IMG/VR virus record: IMGVR_UViG_3300045125_000040
Coordinates: 1 to 64,000 of that record
Source of the DNA: a virus
Length of the DNA stretch: 64,000 nt
Reading direction: 5' to 3' (one strand)
This document shows positions 1 to 13,400 of this stretch, in pieces. Every line of letters begins with the position of its first letter. Position 1 is the first letter of the stretch. The translations under genes and the position numbers were made by a program. Below the pieces are notes generated by a model, which was not told where the DNA came from, searched no databases, and saw only the letters and a list, made by a program, of their open reading frames with translations.

Positions 1-91
1 TTGTACTTCGTTCGCGGATTTATCAGATTTGGGTGTTTAACCGTTTCGCATTTATCGTGAAACGCTTTCAGCATTTTCGTGCGCCGCTTCA
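1..91 (+). other. Oxford Nanopore adapter / rapid-kit transposome (Mu end-derived) sequence; technical artefact
   Basis: Starts TTGTACTTCGTTC and contains GGGTGTTTAACCGTTTCGCATTTATCGTGAAACGCTTTC...TTTTCGTGCGCCGCTTCA, matching the ONT rapid adapter with a few read errors. Confidence 0.93.
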
Positions 92-213
92 ATAATATCT
101 ATCAGCTTCGTTTCTTTTAGGAATTGTAATAGTTTGTCTGCGTTAGAGTGTCGGGTACCAAGACGAACATCAGATATAAAGATTGCTCTGTATTTCTTTT
201 TATCTTTTGACAC
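92..213 (-). CDS. N-terminus of a calcineurin-like metallophosphoesterase (UDP-2,3-diacylglucosamine hydrolase-like); truncated by the read start
   Basis: Manual translation from GTG at 213 after an AGGAGA RBS: MSKDKKKYRAIFISDVRLGTRHSNADKLLQFLKENEADRYY, matching the YRaiFISDvHLGt motif. Confidence 0.7.
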
Positions 214-590
214 GCTTTCTCCTCTGTTGGAGTTTGTATAGGAACACTCTCACATCACCAATGTATCATCTAGTATACTAATACATCTGTAATAGGTTAG
301 ATATTTTTATTTAGTTGCAAGCGATAAATTTCATTGCTCTCATGCAACCTGTCTATAGTATATGCTGCCTTGCGAGGAACAGAAGCACAATGAACGCCAT
401 TATATTTCTCTACCCAATCAGCAAGTTCATGCAACTGTTTTACCAACTCTTCTTCGTCAGTCATAATCAAATGTTCACGGAACTAACCACCAAGACCATG
501 CTGCCCAATATGGCTTATCATAATCAGGATCAATAATAAAACTTCTTGTTGTCATTTCAAAGTTTTCTGGGTCAGGGTAATATTCTACGA

Positions 591-959
591 TCATATCATA
601 TCCATAGTAAAGATAGAACGAATGTAATGTTGTGGGTGAAAATCTATACGTCTACGAGCAAAAACAACAAATCCTAAATCATCACCAGTCATTACTTCTT
701 TCATTGATTTGCCAGTAGTATAAACATCATCAACAACTAATCTTAATGGATGTCCCGGCGTTATATATTTCTCTAACGCTAACGCCAGTTTAGTGCCACC
801 GCTAGGAATACCGTAAACACTGCCAAACCTAACACGCTCATGTATAATCCTTGCTAAACAAATCCCAACCTTCATCAGTAAGAGCATCACACTCAATTTT
901 CCAATGTAATAGATTTCCTGCATGTGATATAAAATCACCACCTCTTGAAATAAGTTCAT
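591..959 (-). CDS. type I phosphoribosyltransferase (orotate PRTase-like), frameshifted
   Basis: VYGIPSGG and the PRPP-binding loop LVVDDVYTTGKS; N-terminal FISHAG..LHWKIECDAL in another frame. Confidence 0.8.
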   Translation of the reverse strand: MNLFQEVVILYHMQEIYYIGKLSVMLLLMKVGICLARIIHERVRFGSVYGIPSGGTKLALALEKYITPGHPLRLVVDDVYTTGKSMKEVMTGDDLGFVVFARRRIDFHPQHYIRSIFTMDMI

Positions 960-1898
960 TCTATCTCCTGCCATTGTGGTATAGTCCTTACTCCTCCTGT
1001 AGGAACAGTAGACTGCCACCCTTGTGTATTTCCAACTATTGTTTGGCTGCCAAGAATATGTTGGTGATGTTTGTGGTGCCGTTTGGTGTTGATGGTGACA
1101 AAGAATGATTATCTTTTGTCATTGCTAGTTGAGCATTAGTAACCGTGGGGAATACCACCATTAAGATTATCATCAAATATTTCATCATACATATTTTTTC
1201 CTCATTCTTATATTAGTCGTTCTGATATGTCTTGACCATGTGCTACAAGAAATTCATCATATGGTCTTAGCCATTTATGTCTACTGGATCGTCTGCAGAC
1301 AATAATACGATCATTATGATTGTGAACCCACATCTCACTCTTCTCTTATAAACTTCGGTGGAATCTTCTGTGCTGTTACTTTCCATACACCAGTTACGTT
1401 TTCTTCTTTCTCACCATCGATCTGCCACTTCAGTCAAGGAGAAGTGAACGAAATGACATAAGCTCGTTTCCATTTTTCTTGGAATGAACAACATACTTAC
1501 ATACATCTTCTTTGTAATCAAAAATCATTATGCTCCCCAATAATAGTTATCTGGCTCCCAGAAAGACCAAGGAACTTTGATATCACGCAATACCGCTGGT
1601 GATGTTTTTGCGTTCGTTCTTTACATCTAATCTCTCGCCAGTTATCTCTAATATAAGCAACCCGCTTGCCATTCTCTATAACGATTTTTGACTTCCATTA
1701 GGATGTAGAGTATTGTGTTGTCATCAATCAGTCAGTATGTTCTTTATATCTTTGGCAAGAGATAGTCGCTCATCATCATCTTTGGACTCAATCAAATTTT
1801 CCACGAGTTTCAAAAGAAACATAGTCGTCATCTTATTCTGTGGATCATCTTTAGATACAGCATCACAAATCTTGTTTAGTTTTTCATTTTTAAACATC

Positions 1899-3670
1899 TT
1901 AAAAATCCGCTCCCATCATAGTGTCAAGAACCTTCTCTGATACGCTGCAACAGAAAACTTGTTTCTGGTAGAATACGCTGCATAAAGTAAAGAGCATTAT
2001 AATGACGTTGATTATCGTCATGATTTAGTTCTTCCTCTTCGCCGTAGCCAGACAAATCTTGACATGAGCAAGACCAAGCATAACAAGTCCCATCATCTTC
2101 ATATAATCATAAGATGCAGAACCAGCATTGTTTGGATTCTTCATAGCATTATGCATCAACCATTCTGTTGCTTGCTTTAGTTCATTCAATGCTCTTGTCA
2201 TTGGTTGCACGATTGGATTGATATCCTTATCATATGCGCCCGTCAGAAACTTTCACTATCCTTGAAGAACTTAGTAATAGCACGACCCATGTTCTTAGGC
2301 AACTTACGACCAACAAGATCAAGTGCCTGAATACCATTGGCACCTTCGTAAATCATAGCAATACGAGCATCACGGACAATCTGCTCCATACCATTGTCAC
2401 GAACATATCCATGACCACCCCATACCTGTTGCATCTTGATAGCATTCTCAACACCATAATCAGTGATAACACCTTTGAGAACTGGAGTCATTAGACCAAG
2501 GCGATCTTCGGCATCTTCCTTCTGTCTCTTGATATCTGCTTCTACTGCCATGTCTGTTGTAGATCCATCAGCATTTACAACATCAACCAATGTTGCTGCT
2601 TCTAGTATAAGAAGTCTTGCAGCCTCATTGATAGACCTAACGTCCATAAGCATACGTCTAACGTCAGGATGGTCAATAATAGAAGTGAGACTACCACTCT
2701 TACCTTCCGTAAGTTTAGTTCCTTGCTTACGTTCTTTAGCATATTCCACAGCATTTTGATAAGCCAACTCCGATTGTGATAGACCGTGAATAGCACATCC
2801 AAGTCTTAAGTTCATTCATCATAATAAACATACCCTGGAGACCCTTACAGCGTTCACCGATGAGAAAACCTGTAGCACCATCAAAGTTCATAACACAAGT
2901 TGGCGAACCATGAATACCCATCTTATGCTTCAATAGAACCACAAGAAACGTTGTTTGGATTTACCGCTAAATCGTCTTAGGAACAACAAACATGCTAATA
3001 CCTTTGACACCTTCTGGATCACCTTCTACTCTTGCTAAAACAAGATGCAGAATGTTGTCTGTTGAGATCATGGTCACCGCCAGAAATGAAAATCTTTTGA
3101 CCTGTGATATAAAAACATTCATCATCAAATTCATCATAAGGAACTGCCTTTGTCTTTAGTAGACCAAGATCAGTGCCGCAATGTGGTTCTGTTAGACACA
3201 TTGTTCCAGTCCATTTACCAGAAGCCATTAGTGGGATATAATCTTCTTTCTGTTTATCTGAACCGTGTGTTAGTAATGCTTGAATAGCTCCACGAGTAAT
3301 GCCAGGATACAAAGACCAAGCCATGTTAGAAGAGGATACAAATTCGTTGAACGCCACCGCAAGTGTAAACGGCATACTCCTGTCCACCATAGGTTTCAGG
3401 AACTGATAAACCAAGCCATCCTCCTTCTGTGAACTGCTTCAAGGTTCATGAAAAGCAAAGGGAACACTTACATGAAAATCAGCATCACGATCAAAAGGAT
3501 CAGGTTTCGAATTTACAACCAACCTTATCACCGTCCTGATTAGTTGGTGCAATAACATCCTCACATAGTTTTGCTGCTTCTATCAGGATTGCTTCTGTGT
3601 TTTCGTTTTCAAAACCTAGAACATGACGGAGAAGAAATAGTGTTGATGCTAATGGTGCTGTGTATTTCAT
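1899..3670 (-). CDS. long (~590 aa) acyl-CoA dehydrogenase, auxiliary metabolic gene, broken by read indels
   Basis: Consecutive fragments: [15 protein letters not shown]; [23 protein letters not shown]; [15 protein letters not shown]; [18 protein letters not shown]; [43 protein letters not shown]; C-terminal [12 protein letters not shown]. Confidence 0.92.
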
Positions 3671-4200
3671 TGCTCGTGTGTCCTTCTCGTATTCATCTAT
3701 TGCTTTATTGAGTTCTTCCAGAAACTGTTCACCAGTAAGAACCTCTGATTCATCCTTAACTACTTCAAGCGGAAACGCTATAGTTAAGACTAATTGTGGT
3801 TGAAAACTCTCATTAAACCTAATTTGTTTATTCAACACTTTCATCGTCATTTTCCATATACCTTAGATACTCTTTATGCCAGTTTTCTTCTATATCAAAT
3901 TGTTCCATATACTTTAGGTATCGAAGCGACACACCATGTTCATATAGTTTGTCGCTTGAATAGTGAACAGCCCAAGCAATATCACCACTGATCATATTTC
4001 TCAGGCTTTTCCCATTTGTCTCTCTTATACATTACATTCCAAACTGCTTCTTCACAAGAGCAACTGCCGCCTCAAATGCTTCACCAATTTCAAATTCGCT
4101 CAACTTTGCGCCAGGATCAGCTTTTAAAAGAATTTCTTTCATTGCTTCAACAGCAGCAGCCTTGGTTTCTTCTGTAATCTTGAACATATCATTCTCCCTT

Positions 4201-4208
4201 TATAAATA
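4201..4208 (+). promoter_or_regulatory. T4-type late promoter TATAAATA upstream of the spanin genes
   Basis: Exact TATAAATA about 25 nt upstream of the GGAGG RBS/ATG at 4233. Confidence 0.75.
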
Positions 4209-4232
4209 ATCCGTCAATACGGAGGTTAAATT

Positions 4233-4615
4233 ATGGAACTATTACTCTCACTTATCACATCAGGTAGCATTAAGTATATATCAATTCTTGTCCTTGCATT
4301 AGGTCTTGGAGTCACTTTATTTAGAATGCACCTCAACTCATTAGATGCAGAAAGACAAAAAGCACTTCATGAAAACACTATACGCCAATTAGAACAAATT
4401 GTCAAGGATAAAGAACAACAGTTCCAACAGATGAAAGAAATTTATGACGCAAAAGTTGGAACAATGAATAAATTAATTGAAGAAAGAAAGAAATTGAAGA
4501 CAAGTTAAAAGCTGCCGAATCAGAAAGTGAAAAGAAAGTTATTACTGGTCAGGATAAATCAGCATCATCTGTGTTAAAAGATTTATTTAAATCATTAGGA
4601 GGACCAACCTCATGA
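4233..4615 (+). CDS. putative inner-membrane spanin (Rz-like), frameshifted near 4500
   Basis: N-terminal TM segment followed by a long coiled-coil-like stretch; late promoter; immediately precedes a lipoprotein gene. Confidence 0.6.
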
Positions 4616-4881
4616 CCAAGTGGGCGACCATCATAGTGACCAGCCTTCTATTAATTGGATGTCAATGATCAAACACAAATAGTTTCAACATACAAATATA
4701 TGGTAGTTCATCCTGATGAATCAATGTATTACTGTCCTGTTTTGAAACAATTTCCTAACTGGAAAACATTAACAGATGCACAAGTAGCCAAAACAGTAGT
4801 TACATTATATAAAAATAATTTGACTTGTAAAAGTTCTATTGAGTCTATTAGAAAATTTTAAAATGATGCAGATACCATAAC
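4612..4881 (+). CDS. putative outer-membrane spanin lipoprotein (Rz1-like), frameshifted
   Basis: MTKWATIIVTSLLLIGC lipobox, then ..VVHPDESMYYCP..LYKNNLTC..; overlaps the end of the Rz-like gene. Confidence 0.6.
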
Positions 4882-4882
4882 G

Positions 4883-4910
4883 AAAAAGGGGAGTCGTTAA
4901 ACTCCCCAAA
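4883..4910. terminator. intrinsic terminator between convergent lysis genes
   Basis: AAAAAGGGGAGT-CGTTAA-ACTCCCC hairpin with A-tract. Confidence 0.65.
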
Positions 4911-4913
4911 TTC

Positions 4914-5134
4914 TTATAGTGATGTTGGATCAGTAGGATGCGATGCATTGGTAACATTGTTATCCTTTGCCGTAACACCAATACCAAGTAATGCTAGAAC
5001 AAGCGCCATACTTCATCAAGTGGAGGAAGTGGCATTGACTCTGGCCATACACCAGCATATTTAAGACCATATGCTACAATAGGAATAAATGCAGCTACTG
5101 TAGTCTTCCAATTAGCAGTAACATTCTTGAACAT
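4914..5134 (-). CDS. small two-TM holin-like membrane protein (not in the ORF track; one indel)
   Basis: MFKNVTANWKTTVAAFIPIVAYGLKYAGVW...LVLALLGIGVTAKDNNV; late promoter TATAAATA on the minus strand at 5175-5182; convergent with the spanins. Confidence 0.5.
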
Positions 5135-7638
5135 GATAATCTCCTTTCATGAAAGATTGTCCTTTCGGACTTCGTATTTATAAATCTTCACAAATAGGCA
5201 GACCTGTTAGTTCATGGACTTGCTCACCTGTTAATTCTGTCATTGGAAGTGCTTTATCAAAAGCACCGGCTTCTATTAAATAATTTACAAGTCTTGGATA
5301 TTGTTCTAACATATCAATCTGAGGTTGATTATTAGCTAGTTGTCTTACATGTTCTGCATCATCACCATAAAATGCTGAATGAAAACGAAAAACTGTGATC
5401 TTGATACGCAACCAGCATCTTTTACGAATAAAAGTTCCCGGAACTATATGCTCCGGGGGTATGCGATGACTCGGTGGAAAATTATTTGCCCTGCGAATAC
5501 AATCAGGCAGATCACCATAATTGTCACTACATGAAGTATAAATGATACTTGAGTTTGCTAAAACAGATGCAATTATTATTGTTGTTATTGGTAGCATCTT
5601 TTTATCTCCTTAATTTTTGATTAAAGTTACAATATAAAACCTTGACCCAATATAGTAACCATATTCCCATTTGTTAGTTTCTGTATTAAACCGTCCAATG
5701 ATATTCTTCATTTCATTCTCCTAGTTCAGCTTTACCAACTAACTTACCAGATGAGTTTAGTGATTTAATAAACTCATAGGCTTCATGTAATGAAGTGAAT
5801 TTTTTAGTTTTATCAACAAGAAATCCACTATCATTCTTTACTGTGTATAAGACTTTATACTTCTGTTGTTTCATGGCACCTCCCCATTTAACAACCATTA
5901 TACCAAGTCTATATAGTAAAGTCAACCCTTGTTATTGTCTTGTGCCAGATCTTTAATTAGTTCTGCTATATCTCTTGCAGCTTCTGCATTATATACATTT
6001 GCCCGCAAGGCAGCATCTTCACCTTTAGTATCACGCTTTTCAAAATATCTGGCCGCTGCTTCTAGCCAAGAGATTGCTTCAAATGCTGTCATCATGCTCC
6101 CCAATAGACTACAGGTTCAACTTTACTACCGTGTATTGAATAACCATCATAATACCATCTAATACGATGATATCCCCATGTTTTTTGCCGAATATTAAAT
6201 CCCCAATCTACATAATCATCTGTGCCATATTCAGCAAATAACTGTTGGAATTCGGTTTCTAGTCTTTCCATATTAATCATTCATCACCTTTAGGAAATAT
6301 AAACATATTCTTATTCATACATACATACTCGTGATCGTGTATACTTTCTCATTCGGCGCATGTTATCAACATATACACCGCCACTCTTTTCACATGCTTC
6401 TACCTTTTTGGCAAGTTGTTCGTTGACTTTGCATGATCGTTAACAACGAGCCAGGTGACGAAACCTAACATTAGAATCACCAAAACCATAAAAATGATTT
6501 CATCTTTTTCCATTATCCTTTATCCTCATAAAACATATCCCACCATCCATCATCCCACATATAATATAATTCATCACTGATACCTTCATAGGGATTGTTT
6601 ACGAAAGAGAAGATCGTCATAAAATGCTTGACATCCTTCGTTATATGCTATCTGCCTCATATAGTCAGTTATCATGTCTTATCCTTCCATAGAATAGCAT
6701 TTTGTTTTTCGTTGTCATTCAGAAGATGTGCAAAGGCATGTGCATTAGCCTTTATCTGTCCTTTACCACATACATTCTTGATACGATCCGGCAGTTCATC
6801 ATAGTGTCTTTCCATAAGACCAACTATATTATCAAACTGCTCATCTGTCAATTTCGGATTGTCCATATCATAGTAAAAGATAACAGGAATAGAGAAACAT
6901 CTCTACCTGCCAATTCAGAATGCTCTGCCAAGGAACTTGTTGTGGAACATGAGAATAACCACCAGTTCCCTTTTACCCATTCTTCTGATCTATAGGTCAT
7001 GACTTCCTTACGAACCATTCCACAGGAAATGTTTTTCTGTTACCAACTTCCTCCAGACAAACCACACCAGCATCAGATATCATAATAGATACTACCCATT
7101 CATCTTTTGTCAAGAGCATTGGATGAAGATGTGGATGATCTTTCACAACTGATACAACATCACCCGTTTTAAATTCATGAAAGTCTGTTTTCACTCTTCG
7201 ATTACCGCCATATACAATAGGAACAACCTTATCATAAAGATAATGGTCTGGTTCATAAAACAGGATTACTGGTTCATCATATTTCAGTTCTCCAGCATTC
7301 TCTATCAGATGATAGCAAATCCATGCCAGTTTCATTTCATATCATCCCTAAACCTTTCCCTACACCAAAAGGAACGACAAATCCTCACACCGATAAACAA
7401 TGCTGGTTCCACACCAGCCTTGATGTAAATGGCACAGTCTATCATAATCAGTCCGACAATGATAGTGATTTCACTAGCCGATGTTTTCATTTACTTCCTC
7501 CGAATAGGACGACGATTGTGTGCATCTAGTAGAGACTCATGATATGGAATATCTCTCTTAGTTGGACCCCATCCATAGTTCATCCATCGAGTTACACGCA
7601 TACTGTGCCAATGTCGTATACGATAAAATCTTCTCATA

Positions 7639-8394
7639 TCACACCTCCAAAACAATGTCTTTATGGTCGTTGCGTTCACCAGGATACCCACGAGGATTAC
7701 AAACCACACGGGTATTATTCACCATATAGTCGCACGGGTTATGTGTATGACCATGTAGCCAAAGTTTCACGTTATCATTCATCATATGCTCCAGATCAGA
7801 AGCATAACCACCATTCATATATTGTTCATTTGCATACTTAGGATGAACGCTCTTGAACGACGGCAGATGATGCGTAACCACTACACAAGGACCATCTACT
7901 ATCTGCGTGCCGATATAGGCAATCGTCCTTCTATGTTCATAAAAAGACATAGAAGGAGTAAACTTGAAGTAATCGCCCTTATGACTTCTATACTTGATAA
8001 GGCGAAAGTCATTCATACCACACCGAAGTTTTTCTTCTGTAACAATACATCCTTTGTTATTGTCAGTCCAAAGAGTAGCACCGATAAACTTTACACCATC
8101 GATGGTGATAGTCTCGTTGTCCAGAAAATGAACATTACTATACCGCAACGGACTCTCTCGGATAACATTCGCTGTGTCATTGAATGTGTGTTTATAATGC
8201 TCATGATTGCCCATGATATAAACCACATTCTGAAACTTAGAAGCACAATCCTGAAAGAACCACATATAGTCATTGATATTGCGAGCAGAGCAGATATCAC
8301 CAGCCAGCACCAGAACATCCGCACCAGCATTATCAAGCGTTGACCGTTGACCAAACTCTAAATGGATATCTGATACTAGCTGGATTTTCATCAT
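7639..8394 (-). CDS. metallophosphoesterase (calcineurin-like)
   Basis: SDIHLE, LAGDI, MGNHEHY, VTHHLP and HGHTH motifs. Confidence 0.92.
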   Translation of the reverse strand: MMKIQLVSDIHLEFGQRSTLDNAGADVLVLAGDICSARNINDYMWFFQDCASKFQNVVYIMGNHEHYKHTFNDTANVIRESPLRYSNVHFLDNETITIDGVKFIGATLWTDNNKGCIVTEEKLRCGMNDFRLIKYRSHKGDYFKFTPSMSFYEHRRTIAYIGTQIVDGPCVVVTHHLPSFKSVHPKYANEQYMNGGYASDLEHMMNDNVKLWLHGHTHNPCDYMVNNTRVVCNPRGYPGERNDHKDIVLEV

Positions 8395-8855
8395 TCATAT
8401 CCTCTGCACCAAGAGTCGTGAACAACCATTCCACCTTACTCTCTAACTGTTCAATTGTCAAGCCCCTACAATCAAACTCCAGATTGATATAATCATCATT
8501 TACCTCAAACTGTAGTTTACAAGCATATCCCTCTGTGTATGGCATATTATATTGAGAAATCATAATAATATACATTGATGAAATACCGTTACCAGTTTCA
8601 CTATATATGCACTTCTGATATCCACCATTAGATTTACTAAGATGGTCTTCGAAGAATTTATATCCAGCGGCGGTTAGTTCTTCTCTTTATTCATTCTCTT
8701 TCTAACATTACGAACGAACTCGGGAACTTAGCAAGAAATATATCCTCTCAGCATCAATAGTTCCATAGCAGCAATTCTCTCTTCGATCTCTTGTTCATTC
8801 ATGAATGATCTTCCTTTGAGTCAAGGTGGGGCAGCACCAGCCACCACCATATATA

Positions 8856-9743
8856 TCACTTGGCAACACAGCATGTCCAGTCCACAATAATTGCCAGTTC
8901 TTTGGGTTGTTACGACGAACAGTAGCGTCTTGATGGCCGTGCGAATGGAAATCTCCACGAAGCTTCATGTATTTCTCTTCGATGTATTCCATGACATCAT
9001 CTGTTCGTGCTGCTGCATACCATCCAGCATACCTTCACCAATGACCTGACGAATACGAGAACCAGAATGTCCAGCACTCTTGATGGACAAGTCCACATAG
9101 TAACCACGAGACATCAGAGCCTCCCAATGGGGAGCCATCTTGTGATTGCTCTGAACCATACCAGACAGATCAAGATTGGTCAGAATATAATTGATCCAGA
9201 GTATTCGAACTGACGAGGAACCTGTTCACAGAAGCCTCATCAATCAGTTTACCTTCTGACAACCATGATACAACGACGTTCTGTGGTATCAGCAGCAACA
9301 GCCTTCAGAATGTTCAGTGAGATTTCATCATAGAACAGATTGTCGCTGTCATCAAACACCAGAACTGTATTGCTGTCACGATAGGCATACAGCATCTTCT
9401 AAAGGCCGGTAGGACGTGCATATCCCTTGACGAAGACATGCCGCTCATTCTCCTTATCCATAACCCGAGGTTTTGGAGACCGTATGGGACTTGCCAAGAC
9501 GGGACGCCAGGACAACCGCACGGGCAATCACCAGCAATGGCTGACTCTACAGGGTTTCTGTTACAGCTGTAAACCGCTCATTGATACGCGCTCTGCGATA
9601 TCTTCGTCCGTTTCGGTCATGACGAAGTTATAGCGGTTACAGCCTCAACAGCGCTCGGCCGCATCTACAGAAGTATCCTTGAAGTATTCGGTCTTACCTT
9701 TACGAAATACGATAACCACGCTTTTGGGAATACCACGGGGCAT
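8856..9743 (-). CDS. phage AAA-family ATPase, frameshifted
   Basis: Walker A-like LGKSHTV, Walker B VLVFDDSD, FEYSGSIIF.TN and ALMSR arginine finger across frames. Confidence 0.75.
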
Positions 9744-9859
9744 GACATAGTTTCACTTTGTTTGTTACTGTAGAGGTATCATACGCATGACGAACTATCG
9801 TAGTCAACCACTAAAGAAAAAAAGCGGCGATTTCTCGCCGCTGGTTATCAATCGAAGAT

Positions 9860-10406
9860 ACTAACCCAACTTCGCTTTTTCCTCCTCTTGCCACGCCAAC
9901 CAATTTCTCATACTCTGGCATGAGCATATCCTTCAAAGTCCTCTGACATACCCTCATCCCAGTTCTCATCATCAAAATCTACTCTACCATTTTCATCACC
10001 AAATTCGTCCGTCCAAATGCCAGCAAACGACATTCCAGGTTCATGATACATGGCTTCTACAGTATATCCCAGGCCCTTGAGATGCTCGCAGAAGTCAGAG
10101 GGCCGGACCACATGCAGTATCAAACCATGTATCCACCGTTTCCTCTGATATTTCATAATCTGGTTTACTAACGTCACTGGTTCCCCAATTGTTGACATTC
10201 CAATCATACCAATCAGATGAACCATACTTCTCAATATTGCTTTTGGCAATATCAGGAGGACGCAAGAGCGGACATTTCCGTAAGTTCAATGGGAGTCGGA
10301 AGAAAATATCCGAACAACCCATCGCTGTTATCGCTAACGAACTTCTGAACCATAGCGGGATCAGAATGAGAAACCGTCAGATTATTCTGGCACCAGTTAG
10401 AGCCAT
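9860..10406 (-). CDS. DUF1281 / YubB ferredoxin-like domain protein, frameshifted
   Basis: NWCQNNLTV, DWYDWNVNNWGT, FDTA and YHEPGMSFAG motifs. Confidence 0.75.
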
Positions 10407-10430
10407 TGTTTTCTCCATCAGTGATAATAG

Positions 10431-10458
10431 ACTATACCACATATACTGTGGTTGTCAA
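10431..10458 (-). promoter_or_regulatory. sigma70-like early promoter, one of a family (others near 9778-9807-, 10824-10856-, 12937-12963-, 15532-15559-, 16272-16299+, 27565-27592+, 28634-28662+, 36661-36689+)
   Basis: TTGACA-accacagtatatgtgg-TATAGT on the minus strand; the same architecture recurs in many intergenic gaps. Confidence 0.7.
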
Positions 10459-13400
10459 GTGTTAATGTTCTGCAAGCCATTACGAGCAAGTTTATTGATC
10501 TGTGCGTTTGTCAACAGATCACAATAAACTCACCACTGATGGCATTATCACGAAGCTTCTGCCACCCAGCCATGCTTCTCCAGGTTCTTTAGATCAGAAC
10601 GATGGATCATAGCGCCTTCTGGCGCTTATCATAGTGCATGACACGATCCTCAATGATATGCAATCACATTATAGCCATATTTGTGTCTGTGTTCACATCA
10701 TCATAGTCTGCGAAAATATGTGGACAAACAATATCACCATATTCATTGACAAGATAGAAACCGACTTCACAAGCATATGCAACAAGGGCGTCATTGTCTT
10801 TCTCCATGTTACCCGGTAGGATGTTTATACCCTACCGGGTTTATTGTTCATGTCAAGCAGAAAACTTGTTTTTCTTCACACGACGAATGGGTTTCACCGC
10901 GCATCAATCTGCCACTGAACACTATCCTCGTTAATAATGAAGATCTTAGCAACAAACCTTCTGGTTAACACAAAATGACGCTCACTTCATCCTCACGAAA
11001 AACGACACATGCATGCAGAGACAATGGTCTTGAAGTTGATAGCAGCCCTTACCTTTGAATTGAAGGTAAAATTATATCTGCGGCGCATCTGACGCCTACG
11101 TTCAACCTTCAACAGATGCATACTTAGCGAATCATAAACGTAATAGCGCTTCATACTTGCCTTCTGCCTTCTTGTTATAGATATCTACATACTTGTTGTA
11201 GACATTGCTAAGTTCCGTCTCAGACATGGCATGAATGTTTTTGCGATAGAGCATCATCTTGGTTTGTCCTATAGAGTGTTGGATTGTTAGACCGTTTCGA
11301 ACTTGTTCTCTCCAACCTTACATACTCTTTATGCTCTGGATCATTTGACGTGTCAAGCAGTTTGTTGGGAGAATTATCTTTTGCATCCCACCTTTCCTTT
11401 ATATCATCATTACCATACTTACCCACAAATCCTTCATACGTCCATAGAAAATTTCTGTGCGCTTCTTATCATCCTGCCAGAAATCTACCTCATAGGCACG
11501 AACGATCATCTGTCCATTCTTTGCCTGAAAGATTTCATAGACATATTGAATGTCAGCGTGTCTTTCTGGCGAGATGTGTCAGACGAAAATTACCAGAATT
11601 TGTTTTATTTGCCGCAATGAAAGATGCAGCAAACTCATCAGCCTCATAGCGTGGCAAGTCCGCATGCCTTGTCTAGAGTATTAACTAGTGAATCTGCCGC
11701 TCCTAATGGGTAGTTATCCCAATGGCTGTAGACACAATACTGACGATCATGATCTTCCAAACCGTCCTTGAGAAGACATATACTGCACGAGTTCCCATTT
11801 TATCACCTCTCACTCATAAATGACGACAGTTTCATCAGTGTGTTTACGTTCACAGTAGATACCAGCATCATCCAATGCCGATAGAATATCGACATATTCT
11901 GTTTCATGAAAGCCTTTTCCGGCGACATGACGGCACAGAAGATCATACAAAAATTCTGCTTGATTTCTGGTCATCGTCAGATTTACAATCGTTTTCACAG
12001 TGACACTAGCCATAGTCATCTCCATCTCTTATGCTATGAATGTATCAGCTAACGTTCTATCCTGTCAAGCAGATTTTCAAAATTCTGCCTCTGCTACTGC
12101 ACCTTTTTGTAGTCCCTTGAAATACTGATCTTTCAGGGGGTCTTGTGCTGCATAGTTTTCTCTGCTACGAAGACGCTCATACAAAATGTCCTTGATTTCT
12201 GTCAAGGCTTTTGCAGGGTCTTTAGAAAGAAAGTCAGACATTACCACCTTGTCCAGTTCTGTTCAATCATGAGGATGGTCGTAGTATATGTCTGACAATC
12301 ATCAGACATATGTGTTTCTGTGAAAATACCATGATTTGGCTTGATTTTGCGTGCTTGCCACATCACGTATTTCAGACTACCCTTGATTGTCTTATACATT
12401 ACTTGATCCCCTTTGCACGATCATTCATAATCTTGGCATACAGAAGAAACTCTGTGTTATGGCGAGGATAATGAAACGCACAGATGTTATACTTGTTTGC
12501 ATGATGGAAACGTGAAAGCACTGGGATTGTTACCAATCTTAATCCACTGACCCTTCTGCAATGTGATCTTTCCCTCACGAATGGCGTCAGCCATACCAGG
12601 AGCATAAACGTCAATAGCCTTCTGATACTTTGCCATGTTCTTTCTCCTTAGATTACTGGAATTGCTGTAGAACGCATAATATAAAGCAGACTGTGCTTCA
12701 TGTGTTACATTCTTTCCATCCTTTAATACACCTTTATAAACACACCCGAATTGTCTGCCACGCTCATATCCTTCTCTGTCACGAATAGAGTTATAATAAG
12801 CGTCATAGTCCATAGGAATACCATTTTGAACCTCCTTGAAACCTCGCACGAATGGTGCTTTGTGAATGATCTGTTTTGCAGTAGCAGTTTTTCTTTAAAT
12901 CCCTGCGCTGTCATATCATCCTCCGTTGATGATCCTTTTATACCGGATCTGTTACGGTGTCAAGCCTCTTTTCATTTTATTGAGATAATCTTCTACAATA
13001 GAAGAAGATACAGATGCCCTTACATGACGTTCATGCCATCACTACCCGTGAATGAAGACAGAACAAATCCACCTGTGGAAAATGTGCTGTTCTTATCATA
13101 TAGATGTTGATGTGCCATGGACTTCATAAAGTTAATGAGTCCATCCTTGTCAAAATCAGCCATATGCTTGTTCATCATTAGAACAACATTGGCAGTATGT
13201 TCAAAGTCATAGTCGTCGAAGATCATTTTATTCTCCCTTCATGATTTCGATATCGTCAATTTCCCACGAAAAAGAGTCCGTGTCAACCAGATATCTACTT
13301 TGATCGTCAATATTTGAAAAATAATCCTCAACATGCCAGAGAAAATTATGATCCTCATTATGTTCCATAATATCATCAGGAACATCAATCTCATAGGTTT

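Noticed and set aside
1-91. Mu-like transposon end suggesting a mobile element
   Set aside because: It matches the Nanopore rapid adapter at the very start of the read and joins abruptly into the middle of a gene; technical artefact
7786-8343. 185-aa plus-strand ORF (and similar antisense ORFs)
   Set aside because: Shadow of the well-supported minus-strand metallophosphoesterase
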